Of a stretch of DNA of 64,000 nucleotides, positions 10,422 through 19,690 are shown piece by piece; the first letter of the stretch is position 1, and each line of letters starts with the position of its first letter. The stretch is from Alphaproteobacteria bacterium. Its GTDB lineage: Bacteria; Pseudomonadota; Alphaproteobacteria; Bin95. Made by a program: the position numbers and the translations under genes. The notes under the pieces were generated by a model. It was not told the DNA's origin. It ran no database searches and saw only the letters and a list, made by a program, of their open reading frames with translations. The DNA lies in NCBI GenBank assembly GCA_964291285.2, contig OZ219785.1, positions 640,001 to 704,000 on the forward strand, written 5' to 3'.

Positions 10422-11212
10422 CCGACACCCTCATGAACCGCGCCCGCGCGCTGGGCCTGCACGGCCTCCTCGCCCATTGGGGCGAAGTCGCGGAGCGCGA
10501 CTGGCTCGCCTCCCTGATCGCGTGGGAAGAAGATGAGAAGCGCGCCCGAAGCCTCAAACGCCGCCTCGCCGACGCCCGCCTCGGACAGTTCAAGCCGCTC
10601 GCAGACTTCGACTGGGACTGGCCAAGGCGCTGCGACCGCATGGCCGTCGAGGACCTCATGACCCTCGACTTCCTCAAGGAGGCCGCAAACCTCGTACTGG
10701 TCGGACCCAACGGCGTCGGAAAGTCCACCATCGCCGCCAATATCGCCCACCGCGCCGTCCTCGAAGGCCACATCGTGCGCTTCGCAACCGCCGCCAGCCT
10801 GCTCGGCGAACTCGCCGCCATCGACTCCGACACCCTGCTCCAGCGCAGGCTGCGCTTCTACGCCCGACAGCACCTGCTGGTCATCGACGAAGTCGGATAT
10901 CTCTCCTACTCCAACCGCCACGCCGACCTGCTGTTCAACATCGTCTCAAGCCGCAGCCAGCAGAACTCAACCATAATCACCACGAACCGCCCCTTCGCCG
11001 AGTGGAGCGAGGCCTTCCCAAACGCCGCCTGCCTGGTCGCCCTCGTCGACCGGCTCGTCCACAACGCCGAGATCGTCGCCATCGACGGCGACTCCTGGCG
11101 CCGCAAGGAAGCCGAGGAACGTCAGAAGCAGCGCAGCGCCGAACGCCGCCGCCGGCGCGGACCGAAAGCCGGGCAAAGCACTGGAAAGGCGAACCCGGTC
11201 CCGTCGCCATAG
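10418..11212 (+). CDS. istB: IS21 helper AAA+ ATPase
   Basis: GPNGVGKS, LLVIDEVGY, TTN and DRLVH motifs; ATGA overlap with istA. Confidence 0.95.
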   Translation: MTDTLMNRARALGLHGLLAHWGEVAERDWLASLIAWEEDEKRARSLKRRLADARLGQFKPLADFDWDWPRRCDRMAVEDLMTLDFLKEAANLVLVGPNGVGKSTIAANIAHRAVLEGHIVRFATAASLLGELAAIDSDTLLQRRLRFYARQHLLVIDEVGYLSYSNRHADLLFNIVSSRSQQNSTIITTNRPFAEWSEAFPNAACLVALVDRLVHNAEIVAIDGDSWRRKEAEERQKQRSAERRRRRGPKAGQSTGKANPVPSP

Positions 11213-11214
11213 CC

Positions 11215-12087
11215 ATGCATCCCTCCCGCCCCCGCGAGCGGCGGGTGCGGGCCGAGAGCCTGCGGGGCTATCCCCTCGAACCCGTCGCCCGAGCCCTCGG
11301 CTACCGCAGCGATCCCGACAATGCCGTGCGCTGGAGACGGCCAGGATCGGTCCTCTCCATCAACCGCTTCATGTTCTACGACCATCTGCGCGCAGAGGAG
11401 GGAGCCGGGGCTATCGAACTGGCGGTCCATGCGCTCGGATGCACCCCGCCGGACGCCATCGACTTCCTCGCCGAACTGTCCGACCTCTCAATGCCCCCAG
11501 GCGGCCGCCGGCAGGCGCCGGCCAAGGACCCCCGCTGGCCCAACCTCCGGCGATACCTCGTCGAGCGGCGCGGCCTCGCGGACGCGCTCGTCACCCTGTG
11601 CCGCGACCTCGGCCTGGTCCATGCCGACCCTCACGGCAACCCCGTGTTCGTCCGCCGAAACGCCGCCGGCGAGGCTACCGGCATCGAAACCGTCACCGCT
11701 GACCGCAAAACGACCGCGGGCGGCGGCTTCTGGATGTCCTGGGAGACCGAATGGCCACACGCCGTCATCCTGGACGGCAACGCCCTCGACGCACTCTCCA
11801 TCCTCTCCCTCCACCTCGGCCCGGTAAAACGCACCGAATGCGCCACCGTCTCCACCGGCGCCGTCGCCACCAAAGTCCCCAAATGGATCGAGGCATGGAA
11901 CCCGCGCCTCATCTTCTGTGCATACGACGCCACCACAAACGGCGATCACGCCGCAAGGCGCCTCGCCCGCAACGACACCAGAATCGTCCGGCTGCGACCC
12001 GCACTCGACAACCGGGACTGGAACGACATGCTCATCCGCGACCGAGCCGGCGAACCAATCGAAACCGATGACCAACAGATCAACTGA
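11215..12087 (+). CDS. DUF3991/TOPRIM-like passenger protein
   Basis: GAI.L, YLVERRGL, DGNALDALS, AYD...G..AA and DWNDML motifs. Confidence 0.7.
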   Translation: MHPSRPRERRVRAESLRGYPLEPVARALGYRSDPDNAVRWRRPGSVLSINRFMFYDHLRAEEGAGAIELAVHALGCTPPDAIDFLAELSDLSMPPGGRRQAPAKDPRWPNLRRYLVERRGLADALVTLCRDLGLVHADPHGNPVFVRRNAAGEATGIETVTADRKTTAGGGFWMSWETEWPHAVILDGNALDALSILSLHLGPVKRTECATVSTGAVATKVPKWIEAWNPRLIFCAYDATTNGDHAARRLARNDTRIVRLRPALDNRDWNDMLIRDRAGEPIETDDQQIN

Positions 12088-12147
12088 AAAACCGCAACCG
12101 GCCGAAAAATGTCAGCGAATAGGCGCGCTCTGTAACCGTCGCTAACA

Positions 12148-13352
12148 TCTGTGGCCCAGAGGCAGACGAGGCTGTAGAGCCCGCAGAGGACGGGGGTGGT
12201 TCGTGCGATCGCCGCGTGTGACCACTGGCGTTGTGTTTCGAGCCCGAGATGGGCGCGCAGTTCCTGGAAGGTGACCTCGACCTGCCAGCGCCGCACGAAG
12301 GTGGCGATGATCTTGGCCGGCTCCATGTTGGTGTCGGTGCAGAAGAACGCCTGCGGGTCCCGCTCGCCTTCCGGGTCTCGCACCAGCACCCATCGGATGG
12401 CCTTGGGAGGTGTGCCGGGACGATACCAGAGCGCGGTATCGGAGATGATCTGGAGTGTCTTTTCCTTCGAACTTCCGTACCAGCGCGGAAGCGTGATGCT
12501 TGTCCAGCGGGCATCGGGGTCGTCAAGGCGGGTCTGGAGCTTGGGCAGGGGCGGCCCCTTTTGCCGGGGTCGACCGCGTTTGTTCGGGTCGCGCGGCGGC
12601 GGGGGCGCGAAGAGGTTGGCATCGAGCCTCAGCCTGCTGATGAGGGTTGCGCGCTGTCCGATGCGCCAGGCGAGTTCGTGGGTTCCGAAACTGCTGTCGG
12701 CGACGAAGACGATCGCGCGTTGCGGGACCCAGCGAAGGATTTGAAGCATGCCCTGTCGCGCCCAGTCGGTGAGTTGCTTGTGACGCCGGCCTTGCCTGGC
12801 GGCGAAGCGTTCGGACGGGGCCAGGATGGTCAGGAAGGGCAGGGCCCTGATGCCCGGCGACCAGGGCAGCGGGACAAGCAGCATGAAGCTGAGCCAGCGC
12901 AGCCCGCTGGTCTTGACGAAATGGCCATGGCTGGAACGCACCGGGTCGCGATAGATGCCGCGCGCCTTGATACGCGCGCCCCAGCGGCGCTCGATGGTGT
13001 CATCGAGCCCGATGATGATCGGTCCCTGCCCGGCAAGCCGCGCCACCAGCACGAGCACGAGCCGGCGTGAAAGGTCACGCGGGTCCCAGCGGGCGCGATT
13101 GAGAACCTGATGGCAGGACGAGAATGTCTCGCACATCGCCCGCCCGGTCACCCGCAGGCAGGCCGACACGGTTCTCTTGCCCGGCGCCAGCAACGCTCCC
13201 ATGACCAGAACCGCCACCAGCCGCCAGGTCGGGGATGAGAAGGCGCCTCGAAAGGGCTCCAGCCAGTCGATCAGGAACGGCGGAACCGGATCGCCGATGG
13301 CGCTCGAAGGGTCGTCGAAATGTGTCATGACGACCTTCGAATCCAGAAGCAT
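12148..13352 (-). pseudogene. IS701-type transposase lacking its native C-terminus
   Basis: Matches 44780-46186 up to LWATDV, then reads into IS21 sequence. Confidence 0.88.
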
Positions 13353-13437
13353 CCGGCATGCAAGGGCGCCCGCATGCGACCGGGTGAATCAGCATCGCTG
13401 CAGCGACAGAAGCCATCCAATCCGATATCACTGCTTC

Positions 13438-13725
13438 ATGGCCGCATCCGACCCCTGTCTGGCGCGCATCGAAGCGTTCAACAAATCCAGGGGCGGGGGC
13501 GTGACGGTCACCAGGGTGCGCGGCGGCTACAATCTGTATCTCACGGCCACGCAGGCACCGATCGCAAGGCTCCAGCCGAAAGGCTCAGGTGACAAGATGA
13601 GGGTGCGCTACTGGTCCTGGCGCCAGTCCTGGCAGGACGTCGGAGACATGGGGGGCATCGTGCTCCCGCTCGAACAGGCCCTCGACAAAATCGCCAAAAA
13701 CGAGATCTTCTGGACATGGACGTGA
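13438..13725 (+). CDS. Small passenger protein in IS701 (95 aa, possibly DUF3024-like)
   Basis: Inside the IR, divergent from tnp, conserved in both copies; PIARL...YW motif. Confidence 0.6.
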   Translation: MAASDPCLARIEAFNKSRGGGVTVTRVRGGYNLYLTATQAPIARLQPKGSGDKMRVRYWSWRQSWQDVGDMGGIVLPLEQALDKIAKNEIFWTWT

Positions 13726-13764
13726 GGTAATTTTGTACAAAGTCGAGCTTAGAAAGAAGCGCTG

Positions 13765-15021
13765 TCATACGACCCGAGGTGGTAATTCCAGGTTGTGGTT
13801 ACCGACCTCATTTCTGTACTGCTGGAGTATCTCACTCTCGGTACACTGTGATCGGCCCAGCATGTACAGAAGCAACTCCAGGAGGGAGCCCCTCTTGAAC
13901 CGGCGGATAGTACGAGTGTCAGGGTTCCACATCAGCCCGGCATATGGACTATGGCCTAGATTCCTCGGGAGTTTGGCCGTTTCGCCGACCGCATCGGCGA
14001 GGCTCATTTCGTGTGTGAGCCGCGCGATGATCGTGACGAACATGATCAGACCGACGGGGCGGAAGAGAGCACTTTCATTCCTGAACCGGCGGACAATTGT
14101 CTCAGTATCCTCTGCGGAGAAGAAGTTGCCCAATTCGGGGAAGCCTGCGGCGAGCGCCTCGAAGAGTTCCCTGGCATGCTGGTAATAGGCATTCAGCTGG
14201 TCGTCGTCCGGCCTGGATTTCTTCAGCTTGCCGGCCGAGGAGCGCAAGGCAATGTTAGCCTGCGTAAACCAGGTGAGCAAAATGTCATAGAGGTTAACTA
14301 TGGTGGTGAGACTAGTGAAGTTGGTCGACGGCATGTTGCTGGAACCAACAAAGGCGATGCGGTCATCACCGAACATGTCGGGATTTTCGTCGATCAGCCA
14401 GCGGACGGTCAACGCCATGACGTCGTCCTCATCGAGCGCGATGACATCAAACTTGGAGACCGGTTTGGCCGTCTTGTTCAAGGTCGTGAAAAGACGTCGG
14501 GTTCTGCGCAGGCCTTGGTCTGATTTTTCATGCGCCACGAACATGACGGGGACCTCGTCAGTCGGAGCAACGATGCTTCTTTCCTCGACGGCGGCTTTGA
14601 TTCCGGACAACCGGTGCTGCCCATCGAGTGCGAAGAGCTTTTCGTCTCCACGCAGGGTTAGAAAGCCGACAGACAGCATGATATCAGAAGTCAGGATATC
14701 GAGTTCGTTCGGGCTTCCCTTTCTCTGGACGTTGGTAAGGGGGTGCCAGTTCGGTTGGCCGCCATAGGTGGCAACAACGAGGGCGTTGAATAGGCGGTCT
14801 GGTTGGGTCGCTAGGTAACTGGCGATCTCTTTGGACCGCATCTCTTTCAGCTGGCGTTGGATCATCTCCGAGAGCCGTTCGCTCTTGTGGAGTTCGTCGG
14901 CGTAGTCAACCCTCGTTGCCAAGGTGGACAAGTCGACCAAGCAGCAGTAATAGACCCAGTTGCCCATCGTGCCGCGAAGGGCGGGAAGTACAATCGAACC
15001 GGACATGCTATCGTCAATCAT
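13765..15021 (-). CDS. DGQHR-domain (DndB-like) protein
   Basis: IQR, ALDGQHRL and RRLFTTLNKTAKPV motifs; visibly lower GC than host genes; ATG overlaps upstream stop. Confidence 0.88.
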   Translation of the reverse strand: MIDDSMSGSIVLPALRGTMGNWVYYCCLVDLSTLATRVDYADELHKSERLSEMIQRQLKEMRSKEIASYLATQPDRLFNALVVATYGGQPNWHPLTNVQRKGSPNELDILTSDIMLSVGFLTLRGDEKLFALDGQHRLSGIKAAVEERSIVAPTDEVPVMFVAHEKSDQGLRRTRRLFTTLNKTAKPVSKFDVIALDEDDVMALTVRWLIDENPDMFGDDRIAFVGSSNMPSTNFTSLTTIVNLYDILLTWFTQANIALRSSAGKLKKSRPDDDQLNAYYQHARELFEALAAGFPELGNFFSAEDTETIVRRFRNESALFRPVGLIMFVTIIARLTHEMSLADAVGETAKLPRNLGHSPYAGLMWNPDTRTIRRFKRGSLLELLLYMLGRSQCTESEILQQYRNEVGNHNLELPPRVV

Positions 15022-15180
15022 GGGAACGCCGCCATCATCGCCGCTGTGTCGGCGTTGATATCGTTCTTGCAGCAAGGGGGCAGAAACGCGGTGATCAAAC
15101 GCTTCTCCATTGCCTCGAGTTCCGACGACGTGACGTTGTCGGACACGGGCGCGAAATGGAAACGCAGAATAGGGTGCCAG
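15018..15180 (-). pseudogene. C-terminal remnant of GIY-YIG-like nuclease, cut by IS5
   Basis: Open frame WHPILRFHFAPV..LEAMEKRLITAFLPPCCKND..; TGA overlaps the DGQHR ATG. Confidence 0.55.
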
Positions 15181-15965
15181 TTAGGTCCTGTGGACGGATT
15201 TGATCAAGATGAAGGCAGCGGCGAGTGCGACGAAGGAGCTGAAGTTTGTGGCGGTCTTTTCGCAGCGCAGGGCGATGCGTTTGAAGCGTTTGAGCTTGCC
15301 GACGGCCTGTTCGATGCGCGCCCGTCCTCTGTAGAGCGCGCTTGCGAAGCGCTTTGGCCTGTTTTTGATGTTCTTCCGGTAGGGAATGACGGTCAGGGCG
15401 CCTCTTTTCCGGGCGAGTTGGCGGTTTCCGGCGCTGTCATAGCCCTTGTCGGCGACGATGGCGCGGGGCCGGACATCGGGGCCGATGTCCATCAGGGTCT
15501 CGAAATGCGGACTGTCGGCTGCCTCGCCGCCGGTCAGGTCGAAGGCGATCGGCAGGCCGTCGAAATCGGTCTTCAGGTGGATTTTGGTGCTGAAACCGCC
15601 CCGCGAGCGTCCAAGCGCCTGACCCTGCTGCCCCCTTTTGCGCCGGCCGCCGATACATGCGCGCGGGTCACGGTCGAATCGAACATCTGAACCAGGTGCG
15701 CCGTGCTGCTCAAATCCGCCAGCGTGGCGAAAAAGTCCTCGAACACCCCTGAACGGCTCAGACGGTGAAAACGCCGCCATACCGTATTCCAGTGCCCGAA
15801 CCGCTCCGGCAGCGCCCGCCAGGTGATGTTGTGAACCGCAAAGAAGTGCAGCGCCTCCAGAAACAGACGGTCGTCCTTCGCCTTCGCACCCCGCCTCGGA
15901 AGGCAAAGCCGGAAAACCTCCAGCGCAACCTCCCAGTCTCCATTCGTCATCTTCGTCGACATCAA
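15181..15965 (-). CDS. IS5 transposase, orfA (15573-15965) plus orfB joined by probable -1 frameshift
   Basis: WRALPERFGHWNTV and DST in orfA; GRSRGG.STKIH, ADKGYD and Y..R..IE in orfB. Confidence 0.88.
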
Positions 15966-16058
15966 CGAAACCCCCGAATCGCCGACGCCTCATGATTCAG
16001 ACAAATCCTCGCACGGGAATCCCTGAACACGCTCCTGAGTCAATACGTCCACAGGGCC
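15184..16058 (-). mobile_element. IS5-family element (two-ORF frameshift type)
   Basis: IR GG(T/C)CCTGTGGACG; TA at both flanks; AAAAGGGGG slippery site at about 15631-15639. Confidence 0.9.
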
Positions 16059-17278
16059 TAGGGATCCTCCTGCGCCTCAGGACGAACCGGCCGGACAAGG
16101 TCGAAATCCTCTTCCTCACTGGCCTCGCGGGGATCGGCGCGGCCAAGGCGCGAAAGGACGAGAAGGAGCGGGAGGCGTTACTAAACGGAGCCATCGCGGC
16201 GCTGCGTGCCATCCTGATCGACCGTCCGGAGCTGATCCGGGTGCGCCTCGAACTCGCCCGCGCCTTCTTCCTGAAGGAGGAGGACACGCTGGCACGGCGG
16301 CATTTCGAGCAGGTGCTGGCCGGCAGGCCGCCGCCTCCGGTGGTCGCCAATATCGCCCGCTTCCTGCGCACCATGCGCACCCGGCGGCGCTGGGAGGCGC
16401 ATTTCGGCGCAGCCATAGCCCCGGACAGCAACCTCAACGCCGCGTCGGGCAGCCGCACGATCTTCCTCGACACCCCCTTCGGCCGCCTGCCCTTCACCCT
16501 CGACGACCCTTCGACGCCCAAGTCCGGCCTCGGCGTCTCCCTCTGGGGCGGCGGCGAATACCAGTATCCGCTGGCGCCGCGCTGGCGGCTCCGCTCCGGG
16601 GCGAACGCGAGCATCCGGGAATACAAGGGCGGGACCTTCGACCGCCATTTCCTCTCGGCGCATCTGGGGCCGCGCCGGCTGATCGACGCCCGCACCGAAG
16701 CGAGCCTGCTGGCGACGGTGGACCGGCAGTGGACCGCCGGCGCGCCGGAGACCGACCGCTTCGGCCTGCGGCTGGAGGGGGAGCACCGGCTGACGCCGCG
16801 CCTCGCCCTGTTCGGCCGTGCCAGTGCCGCGCGGCGCAACTGCCGCGACTGCGACTGGCTCGACGGCCCGGTCGGCGATGTCTCGCTGGGCGCAAGCTGG
16901 GCCGCGCTGCCGATTCTCCGCCTCGGCGGCAATGCCGGCTGGAACTGGAGCCGCGCCAACCTGGAGCACTGGCGCAGCGCCGGGCCCCGGGCCAGCCTGG
17001 GCGCGACGCTGGCGCTGCCGGCCGGCTTCACCGTCGGGCTGCGCGCCTCCCTGCAGCGCACGGAATACCAGGGCCGCGGCTTCGCCCACAACACCATCGA
17101 CCGCGAGCCGCGCGAGGACGAGATGCAGTCGCTCTCGCTCTCGGTCCACAACCGCGCCGTCACCCTGGCCGGCTTCAGCCCGCGCCTCTCGCTCATCCGC
17201 GAGGAGCGCGACACCAACGCCCAGGCCCTCGACTACAAACGAAACCGCGCCGAACTCTCCTTCGTGCGCCAGTTCTGA
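16059..17278 (+). pseudogene. Slam/DUF560-like TPR plus outer-membrane beta-barrel, 5' truncated
   Basis: RVRLELARAFF TPR, APDSNLN, C-terminal Phe; no signal peptide, and ORF start lies inside IS5. Confidence 0.75.
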
Positions 17279-17309
17279 AGCCCGTCACGCGGAGAGAACC
17301 CCCACCCGG

Positions 17310-17331
17310 CCTCCCCCGCAAGCGGGGGAGG
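17310..17331. terminator. GC-rich palindrome (REP-like or terminator) between convergent genes
   Basis: CCTCCCCCGC-AA-GCGGGGGAGG. Confidence 0.55.
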
Positions 17332-17370
17332 GGAAGACAGGAGCAGGCGGGAGACGCGGGTCCGGCGGCG

Positions 17371-19635
17371 TTATGCGTCCTGCCCGTAGGGGTTGGCGGG
17401 CGGCGCGGCGCCCTCCCCCTCCCCGTCTTCGCCGCCGGCGGGCGGAACCGGCGCGTAATGGGCCGGCGCGGGCCCGCCCGCGGCGAGGCGCCTGCGGGCC
17501 TCGGCCGGCGTTTCGACCAGCGCCGCGGCCGCGAGCGCCGCCTTGCGGTCCACCGGGTCGGGCGCCTGCCTGTCCGGCGGCGGCATGGCGTCGGCGTGGT
17601 AGTAGGCGATCTTCTGGCGCGCGGCGTCGACCCGCTTGCCGGGGTCGATCTCGCGTTCGTTGGCGCCCTTCGCGGCCACCGTGACGCCGTCCACGATCTC
17701 GTGGTCGAACCACCATTTCTTCACGGGGTTGCGCCGGCCGTTGCCGAGCCGGTCGTCGAGCCATGTCGCGACCGGCACCAGCGCCGGCTTCAGGAACATC
17801 GCGTTGACGCCGAGCCAGCTTGCCGCGCGCGGCAGGAGGCCGCCGTCCATGTCCACCACCTTGTTGAGCGGGCAGGTCTTCATGCAGCGCCCGCAGGCCG
17901 AGCCGCGCATGTTGGTGAGCCGGTAGCGGGTGCAGCGCTCCACGTCCGGCTTCCACATCTCGTAGCCGTTGAACATCACCTTGTCCCCGTGCGGAATGGC
18001 GTCGCAGGGGCACTCGCGGTCGCATTTGTGGCAATGGTCGCAGAAATACTGGAGGCCGAAATCTATCGGCCGGTCCACCTCCATCGGCATGTCGGTGGTG
18101 AGCACCACGGACTTGAAGCGCGGGCCGACGAAGGGGTTGAGCACAAGCTCGCCGATGCGGCTGAGTTCGCCGAGGCCCGCCCAGAGCAAGAGCGGGATGT
18201 GCAGCACGTCGCTGTCCGCATTGGTCTGCGCGCGCGACGGGAAGCCCAGGCCCCGCAGCGTCTCGCCCATGATGCCGGCGATCTCCGCGCCGCGCAGGTA
18301 GCCGCGCATGGACTGGGCCCCGGAAATCCAGTCGTCGCCGCTCGCCCCCTCCATCGTGTCGTAGCCCTGGTCGATCAGCATGACGACGGCGTAACGGTGG
18401 TACATCGGGATGGGGCTGCCGTCCTCCCGGTGCGAGAACCAGGCATAGCGCGGGATCTCGCAGATGCCCGTGAGGTCCGAGCCGAGGAAGTAGGAGAGCG
18501 CCTTGACCGCGCGGGCGTTCGCCGCCGGGTCGCCGTAGCGGTCCCCGTCGTTCTCCGGCGCGGCGGTCTCGCCGTCCTGGTGGGGCACCATGGCGCGGAT
18601 GAGCTGCAGCTGGGAGAAGGAGAGCGGGTGCTTGAAGGCGAAGCGGGCGCGCTCGCGCTGCGATTTCCCGCCGAGGTCGCCCTTGGCCGCGCGGGTGAAG
18701 AAGGCCGCCCGCTGCGGCACGCGCGGCACCTCCTCGTCGATGATGAGCGTGGTCGGCCGGTCCACCCGGCGGACCTGCTCCATCGGGTAGCGGCTCCAGT
18801 GGGATTTCCGCTTCGCCCGGCGGGCGCGCTCGCGGCCGGAGACCGCGCCGGCGATGCCCTTGCGGTACGCCCGGTTGCGCGCCCCGGCCGCGCCGGGGCC
18901 GAGCGGGGTGTCGCATTCCAGTTCGTAGTTGGTCGAGATCGCGGCGAGCGCGAAGCCGCCCTCGATATAGGGGTTGAGCAGCCCGCCGTCCTCCGCCGCG
19001 CCGAACGCGGCGAACGTTGCGAATGGCGGCGTTGGCGCCGCCGCGCGCAGGCAGAGCCCGGCCAGCACGGCGAGCCGGGCGCGGTCGAGGCCGTCATCGC
19101 CGGCATGGTGGATGCGGGCCTCGAAGCCCATCTGGCGGATATGGCCGGCGGTGCAGCCGGCGATCTCGAGCGCGCGCATCTCGGCCGTCGCGGCCACCGC
19201 CTCCTCCACCCAGGCGCGGGCGAGGTTGCCCCGGTCCGGCAGCGCGGGACAGGCGACCAGGATGACGACCGCATGGCTGTGGCCTTCCAGCGCCTCCGCG
19301 CCCTCCAGCCAGGCGTTCTCCGGTATCCGGCAGATGCCGACCTGGTCCGCGTCCATGAAATAGGAGCAGCCCTTGATGTCCTCCGCGCGCCGGTCGAGCC
19401 GGGCCGGCACGGGCGCCGTCTCCGCCGCCGGGCCGCCCTCCGCAAAGCTGGCGAACAGGTCGCGATAATGGAGCACGGCCGGCCCGAGCGCCCCGCCCGC
19501 CTCCGCGGCTTCCGAAGGCCCCGCCCGCGGGCGCGCCGCCTCCGCCGCGATGACGGCCCCGTCGCGCGGCAGCACCTCCATCGGATAGGTGCCGAGATGG
19601 AACGGCCGGTTCTTCGATGCGTGGTGGAACAGCAT
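17371..19635 (-). CDS. Catabolic (non-respiratory) reductive dehalogenase, B12/Fe-S
   Basis: AGLGELSRIG, GPRFK...TTDMP, FCDHCHKCDRECP and CGRCMKTCP motifs; no Tat signal. Confidence 0.9.
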   Translation of the reverse strand: MLFHHASKNRPFHLGTYPMEVLPRDGAVIAAEAARPRAGPSEAAEAGGALGPAVLHYRDLFASFAEGGPAAETAPVPARLDRRAEDIKGCSYFMDADQVGICRIPENAWLEGAEALEGHSHAVVILVACPALPDRGNLARAWVEEAVAATAEMRALEIAGCTAGHIRQMGFEARIHHAGDDGLDRARLAVLAGLCLRAAAPTPPFATFAAFGAAEDGGLLNPYIEGGFALAAISTNYELECDTPLGPGAAGARNRAYRKGIAGAVSGRERARRAKRKSHWSRYPMEQVRRVDRPTTLIIDEEVPRVPQRAAFFTRAAKGDLGGKSQRERARFAFKHPLSFSQLQLIRAMVPHQDGETAAPENDGDRYGDPAANARAVKALSYFLGSDLTGICEIPRYAWFSHREDGSPIPMYHRYAVVMLIDQGYDTMEGASGDDWISGAQSMRGYLRGAEIAGIMGETLRGLGFPSRAQTNADSDVLHIPLLLWAGLGELSRIGELVLNPFVGPRFKSVVLTTDMPMEVDRPIDFGLQYFCDHCHKCDRECPCDAIPHGDKVMFNGYEMWKPDVERCTRYRLTNMRGSACGRCMKTCPLNKVVDMDGGLLPRAASWLGVNAMFLKPALVPVATWLDDRLGNGRRNPVKKWWFDHEIVDGVTVAAKGANEREIDPGKRVDAARQKIAYYHADAMPPPDRQAPDPVDRKAALAAAALVETPAEARRRLAAGGPAPAHYAPVPPAGGEDGEGEGAAPPANPYGQDA

Positions 19636-19690
19636 GGCCCCGCCGCCTTGTCCGCGCTCGCCCGACTCCAGCCCGCCGCCCGCCCGGCTG

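Larger units (their letters stand above)
6398..12147 (+). mobile_element. IS21-family transposon with passenger genes (contains nested IS1380)
   Basis: TGT...ACA ends; imperfect 40-bp IRs at 6398-6437 and 12108-12147 (27/40 by manual alignment); istA-istB; no TSD. Confidence 0.85.
12148..13747 (-). mobile_element. IS701-family element copy 1, truncated by IS21 right end
   Basis: Near-identical to 44982-46581; one IR (ACAAAGTCGAG) followed by CTTAG. Confidence 0.9.

Noticed and set aside
11946-13352. Apparently full-length 468-aa transposase in IS701 copy 1
   Set aside because: Equal length to copy 2 is coincidental; the C-terminus derives from IS21 sequence
13765-15021. Complete dnd phosphorothioation system
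   Set aside because: Only a DndB-like gene; no dndC, D or E; sufS belongs to the SUF operon
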